Shown here: in pieces, positions 29,709-37,694 of the stretch
Position numbering within the stretch: position 1 is the first letter of the stretch
Layout of the letters: every line of letters starts with the position of its first letter
Assembly: GCA_002419135.1 (NCBI GenBank)
Contig: DIFM01000041.1
Span: 35,130-99,129 of the forward strand
Source: Dehalococcoidia bacterium UBA5748
Lineage (GTDB): Bacteria > Chloroflexota > Dehalococcoidia > Dehalococcoidales > UBA5627
Length of the DNA stretch: 64,000 nucleotides
Direction: 5' to 3'
Notes under the pieces: generated by a model
Seen by the model: only the letters and a program-made list of their open reading frames with translations
Databases searched by the model: none
What the model was told of the DNA's origin: nothing
Translations under genes and position numbers: made by a program

Positions 29709-30785
29709 ATGTGTATTTTATCGCAAAGCAACACACTTCAGATTAATCAGAGCACAGGCCAATACCTCAGAATTGAGCAATCGAACCTGTTGTCTATGCC
29801 ATTGTCAGAACTTAATTCATTTATCAGAGAAATTGAAAACAGCGAGTTGTTTGTTAAATATTTTAGGGAAAACAAAATTGTCCGCTATCAGAGATTTGAT
29901 AATTCAGATACATATATAAGCCATTTAAAATTTGATGAATCGGCTCTTGTTGATAATCAGCCTCCTGAAATAGATTCATTGCTGGAAAACAATCAAAACA
30001 CGATTGAATACATTCGTAAAATCGGTCCGGATAATTTTAAGAAATTTTTCATGGTACCGGAGGAAGGTCAATCCGAAGATGAAATTGCATTTGCCTGTGG
30101 CATACCTATAGCGTATGTTAAGGATATCAATAATCTGGTAAATGATATGGCGGTACTGGATGAGTTCCATTCTACATCCTCTCTTAACATTAATGATGTC
30201 AATTATACTAAAGTCGCCGCTATTGATAGAGAAGGAGACGGATTCAGGGTAAGCTATTATTTAAACTCTCTGGCAAGAGGGCGGTATCTGATAAATTATG
30301 AAATGCTTGAAGAGCATATAGTCCGGAAGTGCGTCAATGACGATGAAATAAAAAAAATAAGAGCCCTTCTTAAAAAGCTGGAGATGATAAATGTCTGTAA
30401 ACAGACATTGCATATCATTTTAATTAATTTAATCCACAAACAATGGGCTTTTATTGATTCGGGGAATTTCAAGGATTTATTGCCGCTTAGTCAAAAAGAA
30501 TTGGCTTTTCAACTGGGAATCAATCCGGCTACCTTAAGCCGTGCCATTAAGTTGAGAACAATAGATATTCCTTGTGGGCGGGAGATAACTCTAAAAAGTC
30601 TGTTTCCGAATCCAAGAAAATTCCGGATGGCGGTCCTGAAAAAGGTTTTACAGTCAGAAAATAATCTTATATCAGATAGAGTAATACAATCTAAACTATC
30701 CGGAAAATATGGAGTAAACATCTCAAGGCGTACAGTTGCAAATATGAGGAGGGAATTGAAAATACCTGCCGGGGGAGCTAGATAA
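29709..30785 (+). CDS. rpoN: Short sigma-54 (RpoN)-like factor, 358 aa
   Basis: C-terminal RpoN box ISRRTVANMRRELKIPAGGAR. HTH and flanking region CKQTLHIILINLIHKQWAFIDSG...LLPLSQKELAFQLGINPATLSRAIK...LKSLF. Gln/Leu-rich N-terminus LQINQSTGQYLRIEQSNLLSMPLSELNSFIREIENSE. Confidence 0.75.
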   Translation: MCILSQSNTLQINQSTGQYLRIEQSNLLSMPLSELNSFIREIENSELFVKYFRENKIVRYQRFDNSDTYISHLKFDESALVDNQPPEIDSLLENNQNTIEYIRKIGPDNFKKFFMVPEEGQSEDEIAFACGIPIAYVKDINNLVNDMAVLDEFHSTSSLNINDVNYTKVAAIDREGDGFRVSYYLNSLARGRYLINYEMLEEHIVRKCVNDDEIKKIRALLKKLEMINVCKQTLHIILINLIHKQWAFIDSGNFKDLLPLSQKELAFQLGINPATLSRAIKLRTIDIPCGREITLKSLFPNPRKFRMAVLKKVLQSENNLISDRVIQSKLSGKYGVNISRRTVANMRRELKIPAGGAR

Positions 30786-32735
30786 ATGAGTATCATTTAT
30801 ACTGAAAAAGATAAATGTAAAAGTTGTTACGCGTGTATACGCAGTTGTCCTGTTAAAGCTATTAAAGTCGAAGATCGACTGGCACAGGTAATACGAGAGC
30901 GTTGTATAGTTTGCGGAAACTGTTTGGAAGTATGCGTTACCGGTGCAAAGAAAGTTGAGAGCGATACCAGCCTCGTGTGGCAATTACTTAGCAAAAGGGA
31001 TAATTATTTAGTTGCGGTAGTTTCCTCATCTTTCCCGGCTGCCATGCCCGAAGTAGAACCGGGTAGTTTTGTTTCTGCATTGAAAAAATTGGGCTTTAAT
31101 GAAGTTATGGAAGATTCCGTTGGCGCAGAGTTAATAGGCAAGGAATACAGACGTTTGTTAACTAATCAGACCGGTAAACCGGTCATATCATCAAACTGCC
31201 CGGCGGTAGTAAATTATATAGAAAAATATTATCCCAAGTTAATTGGCTATATGGCTCATATCGTATCGCCGACTATAGCAACCGGCAGGTTGATTAAAAA
31301 CCATTATAACAGGGCAGCAAAAGTTGTTTTTATCGGTCCTTGTGTTGCAAAAAAAGATGAGGCGCGTAAACCCGGTAACCGTGGCGTGATAGACGCCGTT
31401 TTGACATTTGCCGAGCTCAAAGAAATGTTTACGGCGAAAAAGATAATCCCCGAAAAAGAGCCCCCATCAAGTTTTAGCGGGCCGACTCCCGACTTAGGCA
31501 GACTGATGTCTATTTCCGGAGGGTTGGCAAAGATTGCCGGGCTGTCAGATGATATCCTGAAAAACGAGGTGATCGGTGCTAACGGAAGGGAAGCGGTATC
31601 AAAAATATTAAAAGAGTTTGCCCATGGCGAGATTAATGCAAAGCTGATAAATCTCTATTTTTGCCACGGATGTGTTGGCGGTCCGGTAATCGATAATGAT
31701 TTGAGTATCTACAGACGCGAGGAACTTGTTGCTCGCTACGCATTAAAAGAATCTCATCCGGAACGGACGAAAAGCGATCTTGAGAAGTATGCTGATATCC
31801 AATTAAGCCGGCAATTTGTAACTCAGAATGTAATACTTGCCTCACCGGGTGATGAGGAAATTGAGAAAGTACTGCAAAAGATGAATAGGAGTAATCCTGA
31901 GGAACAGTTTAATTGCGGTGCCTGTGGTTACAGCTCGTGTCGTGAACTGGCTATGGCTGTTTGTGAAGGATTAGCAGAAATTGAAATGTGCTGGCCATAT
32001 TTGCATAAACATATGCAGGAAACGCAGGATGGATTGATACAGGCAGAAAAGATGACTTCTCTCGGGCAGCTTGCTGCTTCGGTTGCGCACGAAATCAACA
32101 ATCCCTTGTCAGGTGTTCTTATATATACGCAGCTTATGTCCAAGAAGTTAAAGGATAAGAATTATAGCACAGACGTTGCCCTGGACTATTTATCAAAAAT
32201 GGAAACGGAACTCAATCGAAGTACCAAGCTGGTCAGAAGTTTGCTCGATTTTTCAAGACAAACGGTTCCTGAGTTTTGGGAAGTGGACGTCAATGAGATA
32301 GTCGAAAGAAGTTATGACCTTGGTATACATTCGGCGGAAATGCAAAATGTGGAAGTATTAAAGCACCTTTCGCCGAATTTGCCTAAAATAGTGGCTGATT
32401 TCGGACAGATTCAGCAGGTTTGTACCAACCTTATAATGAATGCCATACAGGCAATGCCCGGCGGGGGAGTTTTAACGATACGTACATTACCGCTGGATGA
32501 ACAGGTACTGATAGAGGTAAGCGATACCGGAGTAGGAATATCACAGGAGAATATGAAAAAGCTTTTTACTCCTTTTTTCACCACAAAAAAAGAACAAAAA
32601 GGGGTGGGGCTGGGATTGGCAATATCTTACGGCATTGTCCAGCGTCATCATGGAAGAATAGATATAAAAACCAAAGAAGGAGAAGGCACAACGTTCAAGG
32701 TCTACCTGCCTGTCGTACATGAAGAAGAAGATTAA
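30786..32735 (+). CDS. Soluble sensor histidine kinase with an [FeFe]-hydrogenase H-domain-like sensor
   Basis: 649 aa with no TM segments. Two 4Fe-4S motifs (CKSCYACIRSCP, CIVCGNCLEVC). H-cluster-like motifs SSNCP (C138), GPCVAKKDE (C186) and FCHGCVGGP (C293/C296). A CGACGYSSC...C...C module, the H-box SVAHEINNPLSG, and HATPase motifs NLIMNAIQAM, DTGVGI, GVGLGL. Confidence 0.8.
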   Translation: MSIIYTEKDKCKSCYACIRSCPVKAIKVEDRLAQVIRERCIVCGNCLEVCVTGAKKVESDTSLVWQLLSKRDNYLVAVVSSSFPAAMPEVEPGSFVSALKKLGFNEVMEDSVGAELIGKEYRRLLTNQTGKPVISSNCPAVVNYIEKYYPKLIGYMAHIVSPTIATGRLIKNHYNRAAKVVFIGPCVAKKDEARKPGNRGVIDAVLTFAELKEMFTAKKIIPEKEPPSSFSGPTPDLGRLMSISGGLAKIAGLSDDILKNEVIGANGREAVSKILKEFAHGEINAKLINLYFCHGCVGGPVIDNDLSIYRREELVARYALKESHPERTKSDLEKYADIQLSRQFVTQNVILASPGDEEIEKVLQKMNRSNPEEQFNCGACGYSSCRELAMAVCEGLAEIEMCWPYLHKHMQETQDGLIQAEKMTSLGQLAASVAHEINNPLSGVLIYTQLMSKKLKDKNYSTDVALDYLSKMETELNRSTKLVRSLLDFSRQTVPEFWEVDVNEIVERSYDLGIHSAEMQNVEVLKHLSPNLPKIVADFGQIQQVCTNLIMNAIQAMPGGGVLTIRTLPLDEQVLIEVSDTGVGISQENMKKLFTPFFTTKKEQKGVGLGLAISYGIVQRHHGRIDIKTKEGEGTTFKVYLPVVHEEED

Positions 32736-34068
32736 AATATTAATTGTAGATGATGAAGACGTAATCCGTGATTCGTTTTATGAATGGTTAACGGAGTTAG
32801 GTTATGATGTTCTGCTGGCTGAGAACGGTATTAGCGCTTTAAGTGTTATCAATGAGAAAAAACCTGATATTGCTTTTATTGATTTGGTTCTGCCCGGAAT
32901 GGACGGGATAGAGGTTTTGAGAAAAATCAGGGAAACAGGACAAGGTACCGGTTGCGTAATTATGACTGCGTACGGAGGTATATCCACTGCTATAACCTCA
33001 ATGAAGGAAGGTGCTTTCGATTATATTGAAAAGCCTTTTTGCCCCGGTAAAGTGGAACTTTTAATTGAAAAGATGATAGAACATCAAACAATAAAAAAAG
33101 AGAATTTGTTGTTGCACCAAAAGCTTGATGAACGCTTTAATTTTGAGAACATTATTTACAAAAGTACCAAAATGCAAAGAATAGTTGAACTGGTTAAGGC
33201 TGTCGCTAAAAGCAATGCTACGGTGCTTATAACCGGAGAAAGCGGCACCGGAAAAGAATTGATTGCCAGGGCAATACATAGCTACAGCAATCGTTGTAGT
33301 AAACCATTTATTGCTATAAGTTGTGCCGCTCTGCCGGAGAATATTCTGGAGAGTGAATTGTTCGGACATGAAAGAGGTTCGTTTACCGGCGCCCATGCCC
33401 GCAGGAAGGGTAAATTTGAAATTTCCGATGGCGGAACCCTTTTTATGGATGAAATCGGAGACATGAGCACCAATATACAGATTCACTTATTGAGAGTGTT
33501 AGAAGAAAAAGAGTTTACACGGGTAGGCGGTAACGAAGTCGTTAAAGTGGATGTGAGATTGATATCAGCCACCAACAAAGATATGAAGCAGGAAGTCTTG
33601 AATGGTAATTTCAGGGAAGACTTATACTATCGGTTGAATGTGGTTAATATTGAATTGCCTCCCTTGCGTGACAGAAAAGAGGACATCCCGTTGCTGGCGG
33701 AGCATTTTTTAACTAAGTTTGCCGAAGAGAATAAAAAAGACATCAAAGACTTAAGCCCGGATGCCATTAATGATTTATTGAAATATGATTGGCCCGGTAA
33801 TGTCAGAGAGCTTGAAAACGTGATAGAGCGGGCGGTAATTCTGTCAGAAGAAAGTTTGCTAAATACAAAAGACCTGTTTTTAGAAGAGAACGGTGTACTT
33901 GTAGGGGAAAAAACATTAACCAGTATAACGGAAATTGAGAAAAAGCATATTGTTAATGTTTTGGAAGAATGCGGTGGGAATTGTACTAAATCGGCTCGTA
34001 TTTTAGGAATATCACGTATGACGCTGTATAATAAAATCCGGTCATATGGCATTGAAGTAAAAAAATAA
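32719..34068 (+). CDS. Sigma-54-dependent NtrC-family response regulator (enhancer-binding protein)
   Basis: 449 aa. REC (ILIVDDED, IAFIDLVLPGMDG, EKPF), AAA+ (GESGTGKE, GSFTGA loop, LFMDEIG, RVGG) and a C-terminal HTH (KSARILGISRMTLYNKI). Overlaps the kinase gene by 17 nt. Confidence 0.9.
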   Translation: MKKKIKILIVDDEDVIRDSFYEWLTELGYDVLLAENGISALSVINEKKPDIAFIDLVLPGMDGIEVLRKIRETGQGTGCVIMTAYGGISTAITSMKEGAFDYIEKPFCPGKVELLIEKMIEHQTIKKENLLLHQKLDERFNFENIIYKSTKMQRIVELVKAVAKSNATVLITGESGTGKELIARAIHSYSNRCSKPFIAISCAALPENILESELFGHERGSFTGAHARRKGKFEISDGGTLFMDEIGDMSTNIQIHLLRVLEEKEFTRVGGNEVVKVDVRLISATNKDMKQEVLNGNFREDLYYRLNVVNIELPPLRDRKEDIPLLAEHFLTKFAEENKKDIKDLSPDAINDLLKYDWPGNVRELENVIERAVILSEESLLNTKDLFLEENGVLVGEKTLTSITEIEKKHIVNVLEECGGNCTKSARILGISRMTLYNKIRSYGIEVKK

Positions 34069-34089
34069 TTTTATTCAAAATATATTGGT

Positions 34090-34105
34090 TGGCATAATAA
34101 TTGCA
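34090..34105 (+). promoter_or_regulatory. Sigma-54 (-24/-12) promoter
   Basis: TGGCAT-AATAA-TTGCA, against the consensus TGGCAC-N5-TTGCW. It begins 22 nt (a 21-nt gap) after the activator stop and lies 46 nt upstream of the ATG at 34152, which is preceded by GGGAGGG. Confidence 0.7.
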
Positions 34106-34151
34106 CCAATATTTAAATAGGGAATAATATATATTATATTGGGAGGGCATT

Positions 34152-34562
34152 ATGAAATCATTCGATCTTATTTCTATTAACCCTAGGGATGTTCCTGAAC
34201 ATTTGAAAATAGGGCAGGAAAAATACGAGAATGGTAATTACGAGGAAGCTGTAAATGAATTCAGTTCCATATTGAATGTAGCGCCCAGCAATATCGATGC
34301 CAGGATATGGCTTAGGAAAGCGCAGGTTTCTCTGGATAAAGAAAAAGGGCTCCTTTCTGAAAAAGTAGCAAATCCCAAAATTAAGGAATTAAAAGAACGT
34401 CCCGGTGCGCAAAGATATTGCCTGTATTGTGTTAAAGGGGATGTTTCAAACAGGGTATGCAGTCGTCTTTTTCAGTGTAAGACTTGTGAATTCGGGCAGA
34501 ATATGCAGAATTTACAAAAAGCAAAACTGGCTGCCAAAAAAGAAGCGGTTGTAAAAGAATAA
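34152..34562 (+). CDS. Small protein with a TPR-like helical N-terminus and a C-terminal Cys-rich (zinc-ribbon-like) segment
   Basis: 136 aa. GQEKYENGNYEEAVNEFSSILNVAPSNIDARIWL looks like a single TPR. The C-terminus carries CLYC-x9-C-x6-CKTC. It is the first ORF after the sigma-54 promoter. Confidence 0.55.
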   Translation: MKSFDLISINPRDVPEHLKIGQEKYENGNYEEAVNEFSSILNVAPSNIDARIWLRKAQVSLDKEKGLLSEKVANPKIKELKERPGAQRYCLYCVKGDVSNRVCSRLFQCKTCEFGQNMQNLQKAKLAAKKEAVVKE

Positions 34563-34611
34563 TTTTTAGTATAAATACCGGATAAACAATTTATGTAAAT
34601 AAATATTAGGG

Positions 34612-36954
34612 ATGTGTAATATGAATGAGAGTTCTGTGCTTGTTATCGAAAGTGATCCCATTGTTAGGGAATCTCTCAGTGGTTGGTTGAGCAGCACCGG
34701 ATTTGAGGTTACTTCTGCAGAAGACGGGGAGAAAATTGTAAAAGTTTTCGCCAAAAGTGATTTTAATATTGTTATAATGGATGTCCGTTTGCACAGTGAA
34801 ACACAGCTGGCGACACTCCGGGAAATGAAGGCAATTCGTCCATGGATAAAAACAATTATAATCGCAGCTCATCCACAGGAAGAAACAGTGCTGGAAGCCA
34901 AAAAAATCGGAGTAGTAGACTATATTGTAAAACCTGTGGATATGGATGACCTGCAAAGAATTATACAGGGGTCAGTAGAATCTATTTACAAAGATAATGT
35001 TAATATTACCGATGATAACACTTCCTTCGAAAGTTCCGGTGATGAGCTGGTGCCGGGAATAAAAAAATCATTTGCCATATCGAGAGAATACCTGTCTTTA
35101 ATGGTAGAAAATCTACTTAGAGAAACCGAAGTTATCGGGGTGAAGGCGAAGCAGGGAAAGTATATCTACGACAGGATTCATGGTTTTTATGAACTTAGTC
35201 TGGATTATGATGTTACGGTGTCGCCACCCACCAGATATATGTTTCCAGCCAAAGAGACACTCTTAAAATTTAAAACGGGAAACGGCAACCATGTGGAGCC
35301 GGTAATTGAATCCACGCCGAGGGTGATTATCGGTGTTCATCCATACGATATCAAGGCTATTGAATTACTGGATGACGTTTTTATGAACCATAATCCCGAC
35401 CCGAACTACATCGCAAGGCGGGAAAATACAATAATTATCGGAGTGGACTGTCTACACCCGTCGCCCCGCAGTTTTGCGCCCAGTATGGGGACCAATTGGA
35501 CTGAAACAGGCTTTGACCTGCTGTTAACCGATATCGGAAACAGTTATATTGTAAAAATAGGGACCGAAAAAGGGGCGGAACTGCTGGCAAAACATACCAA
35601 ATACCGTTTACCTACCGGAGATGAAATTGTCAGGCAGAAAAAGGTAAGGGGAGAGGCTTTAAACAGATATAAAGTTGCGCTGGATACACCAAAGGACAGA
35701 ATCCCCAAAATACTTGAGGAAAGTTATGATGACCCTTATTGGGAGAACAGGAGCGCAACATGTTTAAGTTGCGGGTCATGTATTATGGTCTGTCCTACCT
35801 GTTACTGTTTTGATGTAAAGGATGAGATGGCGTTGAATTTAACGGAGGGCGAAAGATTCAGGCGCTGGGACGGATGTATGCTGGTTGATTTTGCAAAAGT
35901 TGCTTCGGGGGAAAACTTCCGGAAGGATAAAGCCAGCCGTTTTCGCCATAGAATGTTTCGCAAAGGAAAATATATACTGGAAAGATATGGGAAAGTCGGA
36001 TGTGTAGGTTGCGGCCGCTGCTCAAGTGCTTGTTTGGCGGGTATTGCCAGTCCGCTTGAGGCATTTAACTCGCTGGCAGAAAATATTCGCTTAAAGGAAG
36101 CTGCAACCAGCGTTATTCAACCTGCAAAGCAGGCAATGGATATTTATACTCCGGAAATGGCAGAAATTCTTTCGGTGAGGCAATTAACGGAGAAAGAAAA
36201 AGTTTTTGAATTAAAACTAAAAAGCGGTAAAAAACTGGGACATTACCCCGGACAGTTCGTTACAGTTTCAATAATGGGTACCGGCGAAGCGCCGTTGTCC
36301 ATTTCGTCTTCACCTTTAAGAGGAAAAAACTTTCAACTGGCCGTGCGTAGTATGGGCGATTTAACATCAGCGCTGCATTCGGTAGAAGCAGGCGCTACGG
36401 TAGGTATCAGAGGACCGTTTGGCAATGGTTTCCCTCTGGAAACACTGGAGGGGAGGGACCTGTTGCTTATCGCCGGTGGAATCGGGCTTTTCCCATTGAG
36501 ATCGCTGATACAATATGTGATGGATAGGCGATATGATTACGGTAAGGTAAGCCTTCTTTACGGTTGTCGTACACCTGCCGAACGTGTTTTTACCGATGAA
36601 CTGGATTTTTGGCAAAACAGCAAGGATATAGATTTCCATGAAACGGTTGATCTGCAAAGCGAAGGGTGGACGGGTAACGTGGGGGTAATTACCAATTTAA
36701 TCGATAAAGTGGAGATTGACCCTAAGAAGACTATGGTGGCGGTGGTAGGACCGCCGATAATGTATAAATTTGTTATCGAAAAATTAAAAAAGAGGGATTT
36801 GCCTGATGCTCATGTTTTTCTCTCTTTGGAACGTAAGATGAAATGCGGAGTAGGTAAATGCGGGCATTGCCAGATTAACGGTATATATACCTGTCAGGAA
36901 GGGCCGGTGTTTTCACTTACGCAGTTAAGAAGTTTGAGAGAGGCGGTGCTGTGA
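34612..36954 (+). CDS. Receiver domain fused to hydrogenase beta-like (4Fe-4S) and gamma-like (FAD/NAD(P)/2Fe-2S) subunits of a group-3b-type [NiFe]-hydrogenase
   Basis: 780 aa. REC at about aa 8-120 (VLVIESD, D57 in NIVIMDVRL, K107 in YIVKPV). Beta-like part with CLSCGSCIMVCPTCYC and CVGCGRCSSAC. Gamma-like part with PLSISS, LLLIAGGIGLFPL and C-terminal CGVGKCGHCQ. The start could be the ATG at 34621. Confidence 0.8.
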   Translation: MCNMNESSVLVIESDPIVRESLSGWLSSTGFEVTSAEDGEKIVKVFAKSDFNIVIMDVRLHSETQLATLREMKAIRPWIKTIIIAAHPQEETVLEAKKIGVVDYIVKPVDMDDLQRIIQGSVESIYKDNVNITDDNTSFESSGDELVPGIKKSFAISREYLSLMVENLLRETEVIGVKAKQGKYIYDRIHGFYELSLDYDVTVSPPTRYMFPAKETLLKFKTGNGNHVEPVIESTPRVIIGVHPYDIKAIELLDDVFMNHNPDPNYIARRENTIIIGVDCLHPSPRSFAPSMGTNWTETGFDLLLTDIGNSYIVKIGTEKGAELLAKHTKYRLPTGDEIVRQKKVRGEALNRYKVALDTPKDRIPKILEESYDDPYWENRSATCLSCGSCIMVCPTCYCFDVKDEMALNLTEGERFRRWDGCMLVDFAKVASGENFRKDKASRFRHRMFRKGKYILERYGKVGCVGCGRCSSACLAGIASPLEAFNSLAENIRLKEAATSVIQPAKQAMDIYTPEMAEILSVRQLTEKEKVFELKLKSGKKLGHYPGQFVTVSIMGTGEAPLSISSSPLRGKNFQLAVRSMGDLTSALHSVEAGATVGIRGPFGNGFPLETLEGRDLLLIAGGIGLFPLRSLIQYVMDRRYDYGKVSLLYGCRTPAERVFTDELDFWQNSKDIDFHETVDLQSEGWTGNVGVITNLIDKVEIDPKKTMVAVVGPPIMYKFVIEKLKKRDLPDAHVFLSLERKMKCGVGKCGHCQINGIYTCQEGPVFSLTQLRSLREAVL

Positions 36955-37694
36955 TGAAACCGAAAGTGGCTTTTTTTGATTTTACCGGATGCGAAGGCTG
37001 TCAGCTGGATGCGCTGAATTTGGATGCCGAAGATTTAATTGATCTGCTGAACGGGGTGGATATCGTCGATTTTAGGGAGGTAATGACGGAAAGGTCTGAT
37101 AATTACGATATAGCTTTTGTCGAGGGTAGTATAACTACCGAGGGTGAAATAGAACGTATCAAAAAGATCAGAGAACAGGCTAAAATAGTGGTTGCTCTGG
37201 GTGCTTGTGCCTGTATCGGCGGAGTAAATTGCCTTAAAAATCATGTGCCGATGGAAGAAGCTCTCAGAATTGTATATGGTAAAGATGCCAAATACTATAA
37301 TACAATACCCGCCAGACCTGCCGATGCTGTGATAAAGGTAGACCACTATGTTCGCGGTTGTCCGCCGTCTACTGCCGAATTAGTCAAAGTAATAAAGGCT
37401 TTATTAATGAACAAAAAGCCGGACATTCCCAGCTATCCGGTTTGTGTGGAATGCAAAATGGCAGGTAATATTTGTGTTTATGAAAAAGGGCAGACCTGTC
37501 TGGGGCCTGTTACAAGAGCCGGTTGCAATGCGATATGCATAACCAGCGGCAGGTATTGTTGGGGCTGTCGTGGTTTGGTCGATGAACCCAATATCCAATC
37601 TCAGAAAGACATTCTAAACAAATATGGGCTTACCGCAGAACAGGTGATAGAGAAGTTTAAAATATATGATACGTGCAGTGAGGTGCTAAAATGA
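36951..37694 (+). CDS. [NiFe]-hydrogenase small (delta-like) subunit, group 3b type
   Basis: 247 aa with N-terminal VAFFDFTGCEGCQLD, GACACIGG and C-terminal Cys clusters (CVECK, CLGPVTRAGCNAIC, CWGCRG). Start and stop overlap the neighbouring genes on both sides. Confidence 0.8.
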   Translation: MMKPKVAFFDFTGCEGCQLDALNLDAEDLIDLLNGVDIVDFREVMTERSDNYDIAFVEGSITTEGEIERIKKIREQAKIVVALGACACIGGVNCLKNHVPMEEALRIVYGKDAKYYNTIPARPADAVIKVDHYVRGCPPSTAELVKVIKALLMNKKPDIPSYPVCVECKMAGNICVYEKGQTCLGPVTRAGCNAICITSGRYCWGCRGLVDEPNIQSQKDILNKYGLTAEQVIEKFKIYDTCSEVLK

